From: Eledone cirrhosa
Lineage: Eukaryota
Reading direction: 5' to 3'
Assembly: GCA_964016885.1 (NCBI GenBank)
Contig: OZ024741.1
Location: 120,094,001-120,158,000 of the forward strand
DNA length: 64,000 nt
Positions 27,813-47,869 of this stretch are shown here, piece after piece; the stretch's first letter is position 1; each line of letters starts with the position of its first letter. The position numbers were made by a program, and so were the translations under genes. Below the pieces are notes generated by a model. That model saw nothing but the letters and a program-made list of their open reading frames with translations, made no database searches and had not been told where the DNA came from.

Positions 27813-29150
27813 GTCAGCATGGGGCAAGTGACTCGGCTGAAGTTAGCGACCTCGTGGGCCTGTACATCTTATACCACCTGAAGAACCTCTTCACAGGTCT
27901 AACCGGAGGATTATACCGAGATGAAAGCCTTTTCGCTTTGCACAAAGTAAACCCCAGAACCACTGATGGGTTTCGGAAAAACTTGAGCTCGTTCTTCCGT
28001 AATATAGGATTTAGAATAACCATAGAATCTAATATGACTAGGGCCAACTTTTTAGATGTCACTCTCGACTTAGATACTTCCCTCTATTAGCTGTACCACA
28101 AACCTAATGAGTCTCTCAGATATATAAATGTTAGTTCGAACCACCCCCAAAACATCACAGATAACTTAGTTAAAAGCATCTCACTCAGAATTTCTGTTCT
28201 CTCGGTCAATGGAGATATCTTTAACACCTCTGTCCCTTATTACAACGACGCCCTCGCCTGCAGTGGCTTTAAAGAAATGATTACTTATCTAGAAACCACC
28301 CCAAGACTATCTAGGAGAAATAGGCATAGGCAGGTAAGTAAGTTGGTACAACCCCCCCCCCCCCCCCCCCTTCAACAGAGAGGTTTCTACAACTATAGCT
28401 AGGACTTTTTTCAAATTGCTGAATAAAAACTTCCCCACACAACATAGGTACTACACTATCTTTAATAAGAATACAATGAGACTCTCCTACTCCACTACAC
28501 CTAATCTAGATAGGAATATAGCCAATCTCAACAATACAAAATTAAATAAGCCTACTACATCCGAAACCCATCTCCGGACGGGAGCGTTGTGCAACTGCCA
28601 AAATAAGGAAGCCTGCCCACTCGAAAACAAATGCCTGATGAATGACATCGTATATAAATGTGATGCCATCTCAGCCATTGGTGATAACAACCAAAAAAAC
28701 TTATATCGGAATGACTTCCAAGAATTTTAAGACCCGGTGGTATGCCCATACCCACTCATTCAGAAGACCGGACAAATCTAATCAGACAACACTGGCCTCC
28801 TATGTCTGGGACCTCAAGAGGAACTCCACCCCTTTCACGCTCAAATGGAAATTACTCCAGAAAGCGCGCTCATACATGGGAGGACACATGTGTTGTGACC
28901 TTTGTATTTCAGAGAGCTACGAAATACTATTTTCCACGGGCCCGACATTGAGCAAACTCTCTGAACACTGCCCCAATTGCATGCACAAAAGCTTTGCAAC
29001 TTACAAATATCTTAAACCAGTGTTGAAGCCAGATGGATAATTTAAATAAAAACGCCACACCGGACAAAATATCCCCTCCCCCTCCATCCCACCCTAGCCC
29101 CAACCCCTATCCCGACCAGCCCCACGGTACTATGGTTATGTAAATACTTC
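27813..29150 (+). mobile_element. 5'-truncated Penelope-like element (RT C-terminal half plus GIY-YIG) in (TA)n
   Basis: GGLYRDES, NFLDVTLDL, RLSYSTTPN, CNCQNKEACPLENKC, YIGMTSKNFKTRWYAH. Confidence 0.9.
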
Positions 29151-29409
29151 TTACCTACTGAACGTTTCCACACGTATAACGTACTTGAATTGCGCCTGTA
29201 TGTGTGTGTGTATATATATATATATGTGTGTATGTATGTGTATATGTGTGTATGTGTATATATATATATTTAAAACAATATGGTTTGCCTGACTCGATTT
29301 AAAGTAATAAATCAATAAAAATAACAAACCTATATCGGGCAATAGCCTTTGATACCCGGACAAACGTATACTTATATCTGTGTTCATCCCTCTCATATAT
29401 CCAATTATA

Positions 29410-29474
<65 letters not shown>

Positions 29475-29505
29475 GTATGTGTGTATATATATATATGTAT
29501 GTGTG

Positions 29506-29652
<147 letters not shown>

Positions 29653-30272
29653 TAAAACAGAAAACAAAACAAAAAACAAAAAGGAAGCGAAGAGGCAGTA
29701 CAAAGTGTTAATATTAGGTTAACGCTTGAGAGTGGGGGTGGGGTACGACGTTTCGGGCATAAGCTCTTCATCAGTAGAAAAGTGGGCAGGAAAAGAGTTC
29801 CGAGGGTATGAGGGGGAGTGGTGGAAAGGCATTAAAAGGGGGGGTGAAGGGAGGAAAAAGATTTTTTAGAGGGTAAAAAAATTTAAATGAAACAAATGGT
29901 GAAAGGGTGTGTGGCGTGTAGGGGTGGTGGTGGGTGGATGACGGGGGAGAGGGGAGAGGGAGACAGGGGGTCCTAGCGGGGAGGGCGGAAGGTGGTGTGT
30001 ATGAGTGTAGGTGTACGTGTGCGTGTGTGTGTGTGTGTGTGTGGATATGAATGTGAGAGTTTGAGGAAGAACGAGGTTCCATGTTCGGGTAATAGGGAAA
30101 CCAGTGTGTACATAGGGTGGGGTGTAAGTCAGTGCGTGCGGATGGAGAGGAGTCAGAGGGGGTGAGGGAGAGGTGGCGTGTGGCGTCCGGAGGCTGAGTC
30201 TGTGTATATGAGGATACGCACGTGTGTGTGTGTGTTTGTGTGGTGTGGATGTATGGTTGCGTGGTGCGAAAA

Positions 30273-30331
<59 letters not shown>

Positions 30332-30565
30332 CACGCGCGCGCGTGCGTGCGTGCGTGCGTGTGTGTGTGTGTTCCTGAATGTTCTTCCGCGGAGTGTAGG
30401 AACGGATGTTGAAAATTCCGAGTATAGCAGGGTGGTTGTCTGGAGCAGGGGACCGGTGGTGTAAAATCCTTGGTATAGTATTGAGGAAGTAGAGAGTTGT
30501 GGGTGCATATATATATATATTTATATATATATATATGTATGTATATATGCATATATGTATATATG

Positions 30566-30629
<64 letters not shown>

Positions 30630-30640
30630 TATATATAGGT

Positions 30641-30685
<45 letters not shown>

Positions 30686-30688
<3 letters not shown>

Positions 30689-31640
30689 TCTCCACTGAAA
30701 GTTTTCATGAAATAGTCTTTAAGACTATACAGAGCATTTGATGTTTTTCCAAATTGAAGAATAAGTATTTTAGACTTTATTTTATCATGAGTTAAGGCTC
30801 TATTGATTTTTCCCTGGATTTCACTAAATTCTGTGGATGAATTTATATCCTGATTCTCTTTTGAGATGAGTTTGAATTATTTTTCCTACATCTTACGTTA
30901 ACTATTTTTCCCATTTTGACGCTATAGTTGCATATATATGTTATATGTTATGGAATACTGTTAGCTTCTCGCTACAACAATTTCTATACCTTTCATTTAT
31001 ATATTTATACTCGGATTTTTTCCTAGAGTGCTTAAATTATTTGTGACTAATCCCGTTTTTTTTAATAAAAACTGCGATAATATTGCTTTTTGCTGAACTC
31101 CTTTTGTAGAGTTTTTTTCGGAATGTATTTGACTGTTATTTCTTGTAAACAAACATTCGCTTCATTCTGACGTCACTAGCCCCGTTTTTCCTCATGTGCG
31201 TTTTTCATAATCACGCATGATGGTGAACTAGCCAGTTTTAAAATTCCTTTTTTGGCTTATAAATCTGTGAGAGTCCTGGTTATCTGGTTGAGCTCTGCTG
31301 ACGATTGAAATCCAACCGTGACCATCTCCACTGAAAGTTTTCATGAAATAGTCTTTAAGACTATACAGAGCATTTGATGTTTTTCCAAATTGAAGGATAA
31401 GTATTTTAGACTTTATTTTATCATGAGTTAAGGCTCTATTGATTTTTCCCTGGATTTCACTAAATTCTGTGGATGAATTTATATCCTGATTCTCTTTTGA
31501 GATGAGTTTGAATTATTTTTCCTATATCTTACGTTAACTATTTTTCCCATTTTGACGCTATAGTTGCATATATATGTTATATGTTATGGAATACTGTTAG
31601 CTTCTCGCTACAACAATTTCTATATCTTTCATTTATATAT
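30686..31640 (+). mobile_element. Retrozyme-like non-coding 1.5-mer (636-bp period) in (TA)n
   Basis: 30687-31004 is repeated almost exactly at 31323-31640. No ORF; an HHR spans the unit junction. Confidence 0.75.
31292..31371 (+). ncRNA. Type I hammerhead ribozyme motif
   Basis: gctctg CTGACGA t-tgaaa...tttca-t GAAA tagtc-tttaa-gacta TA cagagc. 6-bp stem I, 6-bp stem III, AUA triplet. Confidence 0.85.
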
Positions 31641-31784
31641 ATATATATATAGTTAGAGAAGCAAAAAATTGCTTATTGTGATCCAGTTTTTGGTTAAGAA
31701 AGCCAGTTTCATGGATGGTTTCAACGTACGGTTAGGGGTAACTCCACAAGTTTGTAACAATTCCGTTCAATCTTGGAGTATAAA

Positions 31785-34401
<2,617 letters not shown>

Positions 34402-34455
34402 GTGGGAAATTAAAAAGTCGGAGAATAGACCGTTAAAACATGTTTATTTAAAACA

Positions 34456-34496
34456 GCACCTACGTACGTTTCGCCCAGTTGGGCTTCTCAAGGGCA
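34456..34496 (-). ncRNA. Minimal hammerhead motif with U3:A8 core in a fold-back cassette (34400-34722)
   Basis: Minus strand: gccc TTGAGAA gccc-aact-gggc GAAA cgtacg TA ggtgc; palindromic stem III. Confidence 0.7.
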
Positions 34497-34882
34497 TAAA
34501 TAATCAAAAGTGTTCCTTATATTGCTCGGAAAGAGTTCATAAATAATCAAAAGTGTTCCTTATATTGCTCGGAAAGAGTTTTGATGTGGATTTAACCCCA
34601 AAAACTCTTTCCGAGCAATATAAGGAACACTTTTGATTATTTATGCCCCGAAACGTACGTAGGTGCTGTTTTAAATAAACATTTTTTAACGGTCTATTCT
34701 CCGATTTTTTACTTTCCTACGTGCTTACGCTCTGCTAACTCTCTAGCCCACTAAATATTAACACTTCGAATATTTAATACTGCCGGCACTAGTATCGAAC
34801 ACCTTTGGCATACGCTACTTGGCAAATAACTATATGTATCACCTATCCTCCCCTTTTTTTTCTCTTTCTCGATACGTAAATA

Positions 34883-34975
<93 letters not shown>

Positions 34976-35013
34976 GGGGAGCATTTAAGAAAAATCATCG
35001 TCCAAGTGAGTTT

Positions 35014-35095
35014 GTTTCCTGATGATTTCGAAGCTCGAGAATTTATCCTTGATCGGATATTTCCAAAAGCGAATGAAACCCTAAGGGGTGGAAAC
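35014..35095 (+). ncRNA. Type I hammerhead motif with non-canonical GUG triplet
   Basis: gtttc CTGATGA t-ttcg...cgaa-t GAAA ccc-taag-ggg TG gaaac. Confidence 0.7.
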
Positions 35096-35373
35096 GTAAT
35101 CCTGGTATGTTTATATACATTTTTTCTTCTAACTTTAATTTTATATCTAATTGTGTATGGTTGACGATATATTTAATCGATTTCCACGTGCTATTGAAAT
35201 GGTGGGTAAATATTCTATATGTGTTGATCGCGAATAGATGGCTGTCGTTCATTTATCTATTATTTCTTCATAGGTGCCTTTCAATCTTATAGCCTGGTTT
35301 AATTGTTTTTTTGTGTGGTTGATTATGCTGATTGGGAGAGGAAATGGTGGATATATCAAATGATTCTATAGAG

Positions 35374-36745
<1,372 letters not shown>

Positions 36746-37068
36746 ATACTGTATATATATATATATATATTGTGTGGGTATCTATATGTATGTATTTGTG
36801 TATATATATATATAAGTATGTGAGTGTGTGTTTGTGTGTGTGTATGGGAGTGAAGGCATTGTTACCTTAAGTGAACCATAAAATCAGGAGTGGCACCCTC
36901 AGTGTGAACATGAATATAAAATTCTTTCTGCCCTTGTTACTCTAAATATAGTTTTTAAATTATTCCCTTTTCTTTAAACCCATCAACCAATGACCTCCAC
37001 CCATCCCAATCACCACCCTGTCCTACCACCAGAAGAGATATAAAAACCACCATATTACTTGGACAGTC

Positions 37069-37119
37069 GGCTTCCTGATGATTTCTTCCGAATGAAATAG
37101 TCCCAGTCTTTTAGAAGCC
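37069..37119 (+). ncRNA. Type I hammerhead motif with degenerate stem III
   Basis: ggcttc CTGATGA t-ttc-ttcc-gaa-t GAAA ... TA gaagcc; perfect 6-bp stem I. Confidence 0.6.
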
Positions 37120-37187
37120 ATTTCTATATTATATATATATATATATTTCCACTTGTGTATAATGGTAGCTATGGTGCTTCCATGGGC

Positions 37188-40140
<2,953 letters not shown>

Positions 40141-40982
40141 GGGGTTTCGCTTCTGTGTCTTTTATATCGGTTAATTTAATTTATTCGATCCTCAATGTTA
40201 CCATTGACTGACCAACAGTCAAAAATACAGATACAATATAGACACAAACACATATATATAGTCTAACAAAGGTGACGACCGAATAAATTAAATTAACCGA
40301 TATAAAAGACACAGAAGCGAAAACCAACCAAACAGTGAGTGTGTTCTGTTATTAATTCTGGCAATATTATTACACAAATATGACCCTCCCCAAGTATAAC
40401 AATATTTGTTTCGACACACGATTTCATATCAAAAACCTCGCAAAACTAATTCATCGCCGTTATATATATATATATACTTTCTCTTTCACATCTACTCCAA
40501 GTTGGCAGAAGGTTCCAGTGTCATAGCAGTAAGGCGTAGGCTTCTTACCTCAAAAGTTCATTCGCACTCTTTCCACTAAGTTACTCTTTCTCTCTATCCC
40601 TCTCGGTGCAGTCCTTGCGAATTTCTCGCGTAGGCCTGGTGTAAATTTGCACCCGATCCATATGCCCGATGCACATGTCCGCTTCGTATGGCTTTTGGAG
40701 GAAGGAGTGACCAGCAGTACGTTGTTCGGTATTATTACGAAAAGGTGTAGCAGAGAATCCCGCGTGAACTAACAGCTCGGTAAGAAACTGCTTACCTCGA
40801 AGATTCATTTGCCATCGTTCTTGTCAACGCTCCGTTTACTTGTTATTTGTTGGTCTACAGTTAGAAGAATGGCGCACAAAGGGTTAATGTTTCTTGGCAA
40901 GAAGTTTTTTGAATAATAAAAGGCGGGTTAAAGCGACCTACAATGTATTTGTGTGTGTGTATATATATATACACACAGATAT

Positions 40983-41032
<50 letters not shown>

Positions 41033-41165
41033 CAAGTAACCGCACAGCCCCTTGTTCCCTCTAAATTTATATATATATATAGTAATAATAGTAAATTTGA
41101 AGACTAAAATCCAAAGAGGGCTCGATAAGGATAAATATATATCAAATATATAAGAACCGTAGAGC

Positions 41166-43964
41166 AAATATTTATTAAAATAACAGATTAAAGTTTAAGC
41201 AAAGAATCGCTGCTTTCACCCTTAACGGGATCTTCTGAAACTAACAAAGTCAATCTGTAAACGCAGAACTGGATATTTCAAAAAACGTTGCAACCGGAGG
41301 AAGACAGGAAGACGATACTTTGGTTCGTGGAAACGTTCGCTGGCAAAGAACGGGAAAAAACGAATAATACGTCATTAATAGGAGCGGTGAAAAACAATTA
41401 CGCGCAAAGACAGAACCACGTTTATGGTATAAAAGAGGTCGTAGACTAATGTTCTCTTAGGTGGTGCATTGAGACGTTCTCTGGCAATGAACGAAAAAAC
41501 GAAGATAATACGTCATATGTGGAGCGTGGAGAACAATAGCACGCAAAGACAAAACCACGTAAATGGTATAGCAGAAGTCGTAGACTAAAATTCTAACTAG
41601 GAGACCAAATGAATCTCCGCTACAGAGTTAAGAACAAGTAAATAAATACAATACAGAAGTAATAGAAATAAATAAATATATACACGCAAACAAATACGTA
41701 CATACACAAGCATACACAAAACCTTACCATAGGTATACAAAACCACGCACATATAAATATGTGTGTGTGTGTATGCGTGTATACAAATAAATAAATAATT
41801 ATATAAACGTATATAAATAAATAAATACGTATATAACAAGCGCACACACATACCTACATATAAATACACGAATGTTCGGAGACATAAGTCAACTAAAACA
41901 AGAAGTACACGTATACACACACCCACCATACGTACGAACCCGCATACTCACACAGACGCAAAACTCCCGTATACACATAGCCAAACCCTATGTACCAGAA
42001 TATATAAAATTATACGCCAAAACAATCAAACGTATACCTTCTCGTACGTATATTTGATTGTTTTAGCGTATAATTTTATATATTCTGGTACATAGGGTTT
42101 GGCTATGTGTATACGGGAGTTTTGCGTCTGTGTGAGTATGCGGGTTCGTACGTTGGTGGGTGGGTGTATACGTGTACTTCTTGTTTTAGTTGACTTACGT
42201 CTCCGAACATTCGTGTATTTATATGTAGGTATGTGTGTGCGCTTGTTATATACGTATTTATTTATTTATATGCGTTTATATAATTATTTATTTAGAGGAA
42301 ATAGATCCCGTCGCATTTGTTGGTATAACCCACCATATAATATGGAGGTGGCCACACCATTAGCTAAGATCTTTCTTTCCCTTCTTACGAAGCATTTTCC
42401 CCCTACACATAAATATAGTAACATTTTTAATAGAAATACTATTAAAATTTCTTACTCTACGACTCCTAACCTTACACATAATATCACAGCTTCAAATTTA
42501 GCTAAACTACCTAGCCGTAGGAACACGTGCAACCCTGTAGTTAGTACTAACTGTAATTGTAGGAATCGGGCTGATTGCCCCATATCCGGGAAATGCCTCT
42601 CTAGTAACATTGTCTACAAATGTAAGGTTGTAACACCCACGTCCCGTAGGGCCTACATAGGATTAACCGCCAATAGTTTCAAGCAGCGCCTTTACATGCA
42701 TACCCATTCTTTTCGTTACCCTCTAAGAAGGAATATGACGTCACTTTCAGCTTATATCTGGAGTCTAAAAGACAACCACACCCAATATAAGTTACACTGG
42801 GAGATCTTAGCTAGGGCTAGATCGTATAACGGAAATAAAAAACCATGTGACCTCTGCGCCGCTGAGGCCCTGGAAATACTCTACGCCACAGACCACATCT
42901 TAAACAAAAAATCTGAGGCAATTTCGGCTTGTAAACATAAATTGCACAAAACTTTCTTGTATTACAGCCCCACGTTATACGCTAACGTATAGTACGATCT
43001 ATACGTGGATATTTTACGTCTTGATGTGAGAGCTAAGTATATGTTTTGTTTATTCCTTTACTTATTTGCACAGGTAAGTATGTAATACCCGTTTGTTTTG
43101 TGAAGGTACGTATACCTTCTCGTACGTATATTTGATTGTTTTGGCGTATAATTTTTAGATATTCTGGTACATAGGGTTTGGCTATGTGTATACGGGAGTT
43201 TTGCGTCTGTGTGAGTATGCGGGTTCGTACTATGGTGGGTGGGTGTATACGTGTACTTCTTGTTTTAGTTGACTTACGTCTCCGAACATTCGTGTATTTA
43301 TATATAGGTATGTGTGTGCGCTTGTTATATACGTTTATATAATTATTTATTTATTTGTATACACGCATACACACACACATATTTATATGTGCGTGGTTTT
43401 GTATACCTATGGTAAGGTTTTGCGTATGCTTGCGTATGTACGTATTTGTTTGCGTGTATGTATTTATTTATTTCTATTACTTCTGTATTGTATTTATTTA
43501 CTTGTTCTTAACTCTGTAGCGGAGATTCATTCGGTCTCCTAGTTAGAATTTTAGTCTACGACTTCTGCTATACCATTTACGTGGTTTTGTCTTTGCGTGC
43601 TATTGTTCTCCACGGTCCACATATGACGTATTATCTTCGTTTTTTCGTTCAATGCCAGAGAACGTCTCTGTGCACCACCTAAGAGAACATTCAGTCTACG
43701 ACCTCTTTTATACCATAAACGTGGTTCTGTCTTTGCGCGTAATTGTTTTTCACCGCTCCTATTAATGACGTATTATTCGTTTTTTCCCGTTCTTTGCCAG
43801 CGAACGTTACCACGAACCAAAGTATCGTCTTCCTGTCTTCCTCCGGTTGCAACGTTTTTTGAAATATCCAGTTCTGCGTTTACAGATTGACTTTGTTAGT
43901 TTCAGAAGATTCCGTTAAGGGTGAAAGCAGCGATTCTTTGCTTAAACTTTAATCTGTTATTTTA

Positions 43965-43972
<8 letters not shown>
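41166..43972 (+). mobile_element. Penelope-like element: ~890-bp inverted terminal repeat, partial direct repeat, truncated GIY-YIG ORF, full terminal repeat
   Basis: 41166-42050 is the reverse complement of ~43105-43972, and 42030-42292 is a direct copy of 43088-43352. Coding 42293-42992 (NIVYKCKV..AYIGLTANSFKQRLYMH). Confidence 0.92.
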
Positions 43973-44007
<35 letters not shown>

Positions 44008-44289
44008 CATATACACATATTTGCATAAATATGCATACATACACATACATCTACATATATGTACACACACACACACACACAAACAAACATACATATGGAC
44101 GTACGGCATGGTCGTGGTGGTGCTGCTGACGTAGAATTAAAGAATTAAAGTCTGTGGAGATTATGAGATTAAATAATTGCAGAATCAATGATGGGTGAAT
44201 GAGTGATGGCGGGATGGTATTGACGTTCAGTAGATATGTGAAATATAAGATATATGAATATAACTTATGGAGATATAACTCCAATGGTA

Positions 44290-44462
44290 TTACCTGCCCC
44301 CTACAATCTCAATGTATCTAACAACATAGCCAGGCACTTTGTTTTCATTATAAGAAAGAATTTCCCAACCACACACCTCTGCTATACGATCATCAACAAG
44401 AATACGGTTCAGGTGAGCTACAGCTGCCTCAATAATGTTCGATCCCAAATCTTAAACAAGCA
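44290..44462 (+). mobile_element. Short Penelope ORF fragment
   Basis: PYNLNVSNNIARHF..KNFP..IINKNTVQVSYSCLNN, homologous to the linker of the other Penelope copies here. Confidence 0.75.
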
Positions 44463-44473
44463 TACCACACAGA

Positions 44474-44640
<167 letters not shown>

Positions 44641-44883
44641 TTTTCTTTATTAACCACAAGGGTTCACATAAAGTAGACATTAAGGACAGTACAGGACAAT
44701 ACAGGACGGTACAAATGGGCATTTCTGCGTGTAAAAAGAACAGAGGATGAAATAAAATAACAAAGAAAAATTCCCCAATAGGGGGGAGACTTCCGAGGGA
44801 CATTTGTGGAGAAAGCCCATTAAAAGACCACAGTGGCCCTGACCACCAGGGCAAGTGCCCTCTCCCAGTTTTCCACCTTTAAT

Positions 44884-47835
44884 TTACAGACACATACTCA
44901 GAGAAGGCCCATTCATTCGGGCCATACTTGCTTCTCTCACCCATCTTTCAACAAAATGCTGGGAAGAGAGCACTTCCCTCTCTACCCTGATTTTCTTTTT
45001 CAGATGAAATTTGAAAAAGTTAATCAGGGCATCACCGAAGAGGTAAGTGCTCGTCTTCAGCCCTTTCAAACGTGTCCACCATACTATCTCTTTCGCCATG
45101 GCCACCAGACAGATAAAAACTGCCTGCCCTTCCCGGCTAAAGGAAGGGGGCGGGGCAATCCTCACGATGGACTCAGCTGATAGCTGGATCCGTCCTACAC
45201 GTGACAGCAGGTGTTCGACATAAACCCACAAGTCAGCAATGCTCGGACACTGGACGAGTGCGCGCAGGACGGTTTCGTCGCCCTGCGCGCATCTCGGACA
45301 TGCCCGGCTGACGGCACCTCCATGCCTGTAGAGTTTATCCCGAACTGGCAAAGCTCCTCGGTAGCACTGCCAGGCCAGGGATTTCTGGAAGTTGTCCATA
45401 GGCCCCGGCCCGAAAGTCCTTCCGAAGAGATTGGCTAGTTGATTTTCGTCGACGCCTAGAGTTTCTCCAAGTACGTCGTCGCTCTTCCCCTACACTAATC
45501 CCCTATAGAACGCCAAGGTGGAGTTTCCACCGATCACATTGCCCGATTGGTCGAGGGCTGTGAGCGCCTGAAGACATTCCAGTCTCCAAGCGCTCCCTCT
45601 CGGTCTTCGCTTGACCCAGGACTGCAGCTCCGTCAAGGAGACGAGCTGGGGAAAAACGCGTCTAGCAAACGGCGACCACACCTGATCACCGTCGAGGAAG
45701 AGCTGGAGATGTCGTAGCCTGAGCGCGTGTCTGCGCATCATCAGCCACGGCATGCCCAGCCCTCCACGTAGCAGGTGTTGACAGCAGATGGACCGCCTGA
45801 CCATCGGAGCGCGTCCCTTCCACAAGAAGCGAAAGAGCAAACGCTCCAGCGCAGTCAGGCGGGGCTTAGGACAAGGTACGACGGTCAGGCGGTAGTAGAT
45901 GACGGATGCGATGTACGCATTCGCCACCTCCGCTCGACCTTTCAGGGATAGCTTCCTCTCGGCCCATTTCTGGGTGAGAGAAGCCACCCTGCTCGTCACC
46001 TCGTCCCAGTTTTTGTCCGTCTGGAGGTGTGGACCGAACCAGACCCCTAGAAATTTAACCGGTCCGTCCGTCCAGCGCCCGACGACGCTGTTGGACAGCA
46101 TGGACCTGCCTCTCCAGGTGCCGAGCTGCAGACCCACTGACTTTTCCTGGTTGATCATTGCTCCTGTCACCGCTTCGTATTCTCTTAGTGTAGTGCCGAT
46201 CGCCTCGATGTGTTTGGCGTTCGACACCACTACGGTGACATCGTCGGCATATGCTGACACGGATCTTCCGCATCCTAGTTCGCGCGGGACCCCCCTCAGC
46301 GTCTCCAGTTTGTGCAGTAATGGCTCGAGGGTCAATACGTACAATAGGGACGAGAGGGGACATCCTTGGCGGACCGAGCGCATGATGTTGAACGGTTCCG
46401 AAAGGTGACCGTTCACTCTCACTACAGAGCCGATGTCGCTGTGCATGGCAGCGATCCAGCCTCTGAAGACGGGCCCAAAGCCAGCCGCCCTCAGGACTGC
46501 CGTTAGGTAACGATGGTCGACCCTATCGAAGGCTTTTGACTGATCTAAATTGATCAAAGACCCACCCGTGCCAGGTTCCCTAGCTACCCTCTCTACGATG
46601 TATCGCATGAGGTGGAGGTTGTCGTGGATGGATCTGTCGGGAATGGCGCATGTCTGTGCCTCTCCCACCAGACCACCAACGACAAGCGCCAACCTCTTTG
46701 CTAGCACCTTGGCTTTGTTGCCACGACGCGCCTCCGCCACTCGGGCCCATTGAACGGCTTTCGTCCCCTCGTGTCTGAGAGCACGCACCCTAGCTCTGAC
46801 AACGCAGCCTTCGTGCTTTGCATTGAAGAATTGGTCAAGGGCCAATTTCGCCGCAAGTACGTCGGTCGCGATGCCTTTGCTAAGCGCCTCATCTAATTTT
46901 CTAACTAGTTCTCCCTCTGCTCTATTTTTCTCTATTGCTAAAGTCTTACTAAACCTAATGGACTCTATTCTAATTGCTCTTTTCAGAGCAAACCACCACT
47001 TGTTGTTGACGATGGCCCCCGTCAACGCCCGCTTAACTAGTTCGCTAATCCGGTCTCTGTAGGCGTTGCGCGCTGGTAAGGACGCGTTTAGCTTCCAGTA
47101 GCCGGGTCCTCGCCTATGAAGCCTATCTAAGTCAAGCACACAGATCACGAATTTGTGGTCCGTGTAGCTGACTATCTTGAATTGTGGACAGCCTATGCTA
47201 GACCTATCTATTTCCCTACAAAATACTCTATCTAGATATGATCTGGATGACCCTATGCGATTTGTACAAGTCCACATTGGTACATTCGGGAAATCCATTC
47301 GGTACCTGTCAGACAGTTCAAAGCGTCTGAGCAGGTTGGTGAGACTCTTGCACCCTCCTTCCCTATCCACTAATCCCACACAATCCCAGCGTGCATCTAA
47401 GATCCCGTTCCAGTCGCCCACTAACACTAAAGAGCGGGACGTTCCAAGAAAGGTCTCCAGACGCCGGAAGAAATCAGGCCGCCCTGCTCCTGTCGGGGCA
47501 TAGACGGCCACTAACCTGAAAGCTTTCCCGTCTCCGCTGGTCACGTCCAGCACCACCAACTTACCTTCTGGGTCCAGGAAGATGGCCCGTATGGCAAGAT
47601 CCAAACCTCTCCGAAAAAGCACAGCAACTCCTCTTCCCGATCCCGGACGGCTGGGAGATGCGTACACATCGTAGCCGCCGAAGATCGGTGCGAAAGCCTG
47701 TGCTTCGGAGATTCTGGTCTCGCTGATGGCCACTACATCTATGTTTAGTGACCTGAGGTTGTTGAGCAGGTGACCCTGCTTCCATGACGACCCCAAGCCA
47801 CGCGCATTTATGCTGCCTATTCTGAGTGAGGTCAT
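44884..47835 (-). pseudogene. Tx1 ORF2 (APE-RT-Zn finger) with a 468-bp in-frame deletion and one stop
   Basis: SINARGL, ISET, GDWN, YLDR, TDH; LDQSKAFDRVDH, VRQGCPLS, AYADD; CPRC..DET. Confidence 0.93.
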
Positions 47836-47869
47836 GTTGAAAAGGAGTGGAAAAGATGGGAAAGACCAC

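Noticed and set aside
29741-29780. Minus-strand CTGATGA-agagc-ttat-gccc-GAAAC-GTC in a probable Penelope terminal repeat (29647-30505)
   Set aside because: Core-like, but no convincing stem I and a mismatch in stem II, so not counted as a full HHR.
40480-40888. Possible piggyBac-like end (aaagggTTAA at ~40880)
   Set aside because: No matching opposite terminus or transposase visible.
43895-43940. ttcagaa..ccgttaagggt-gaaa-gcagc, possible U3:A8 HHR remnant (mirror at ~41200-41245)
   Set aside because: G5 and the cleavage triplet are non-canonical and stem I is absent.
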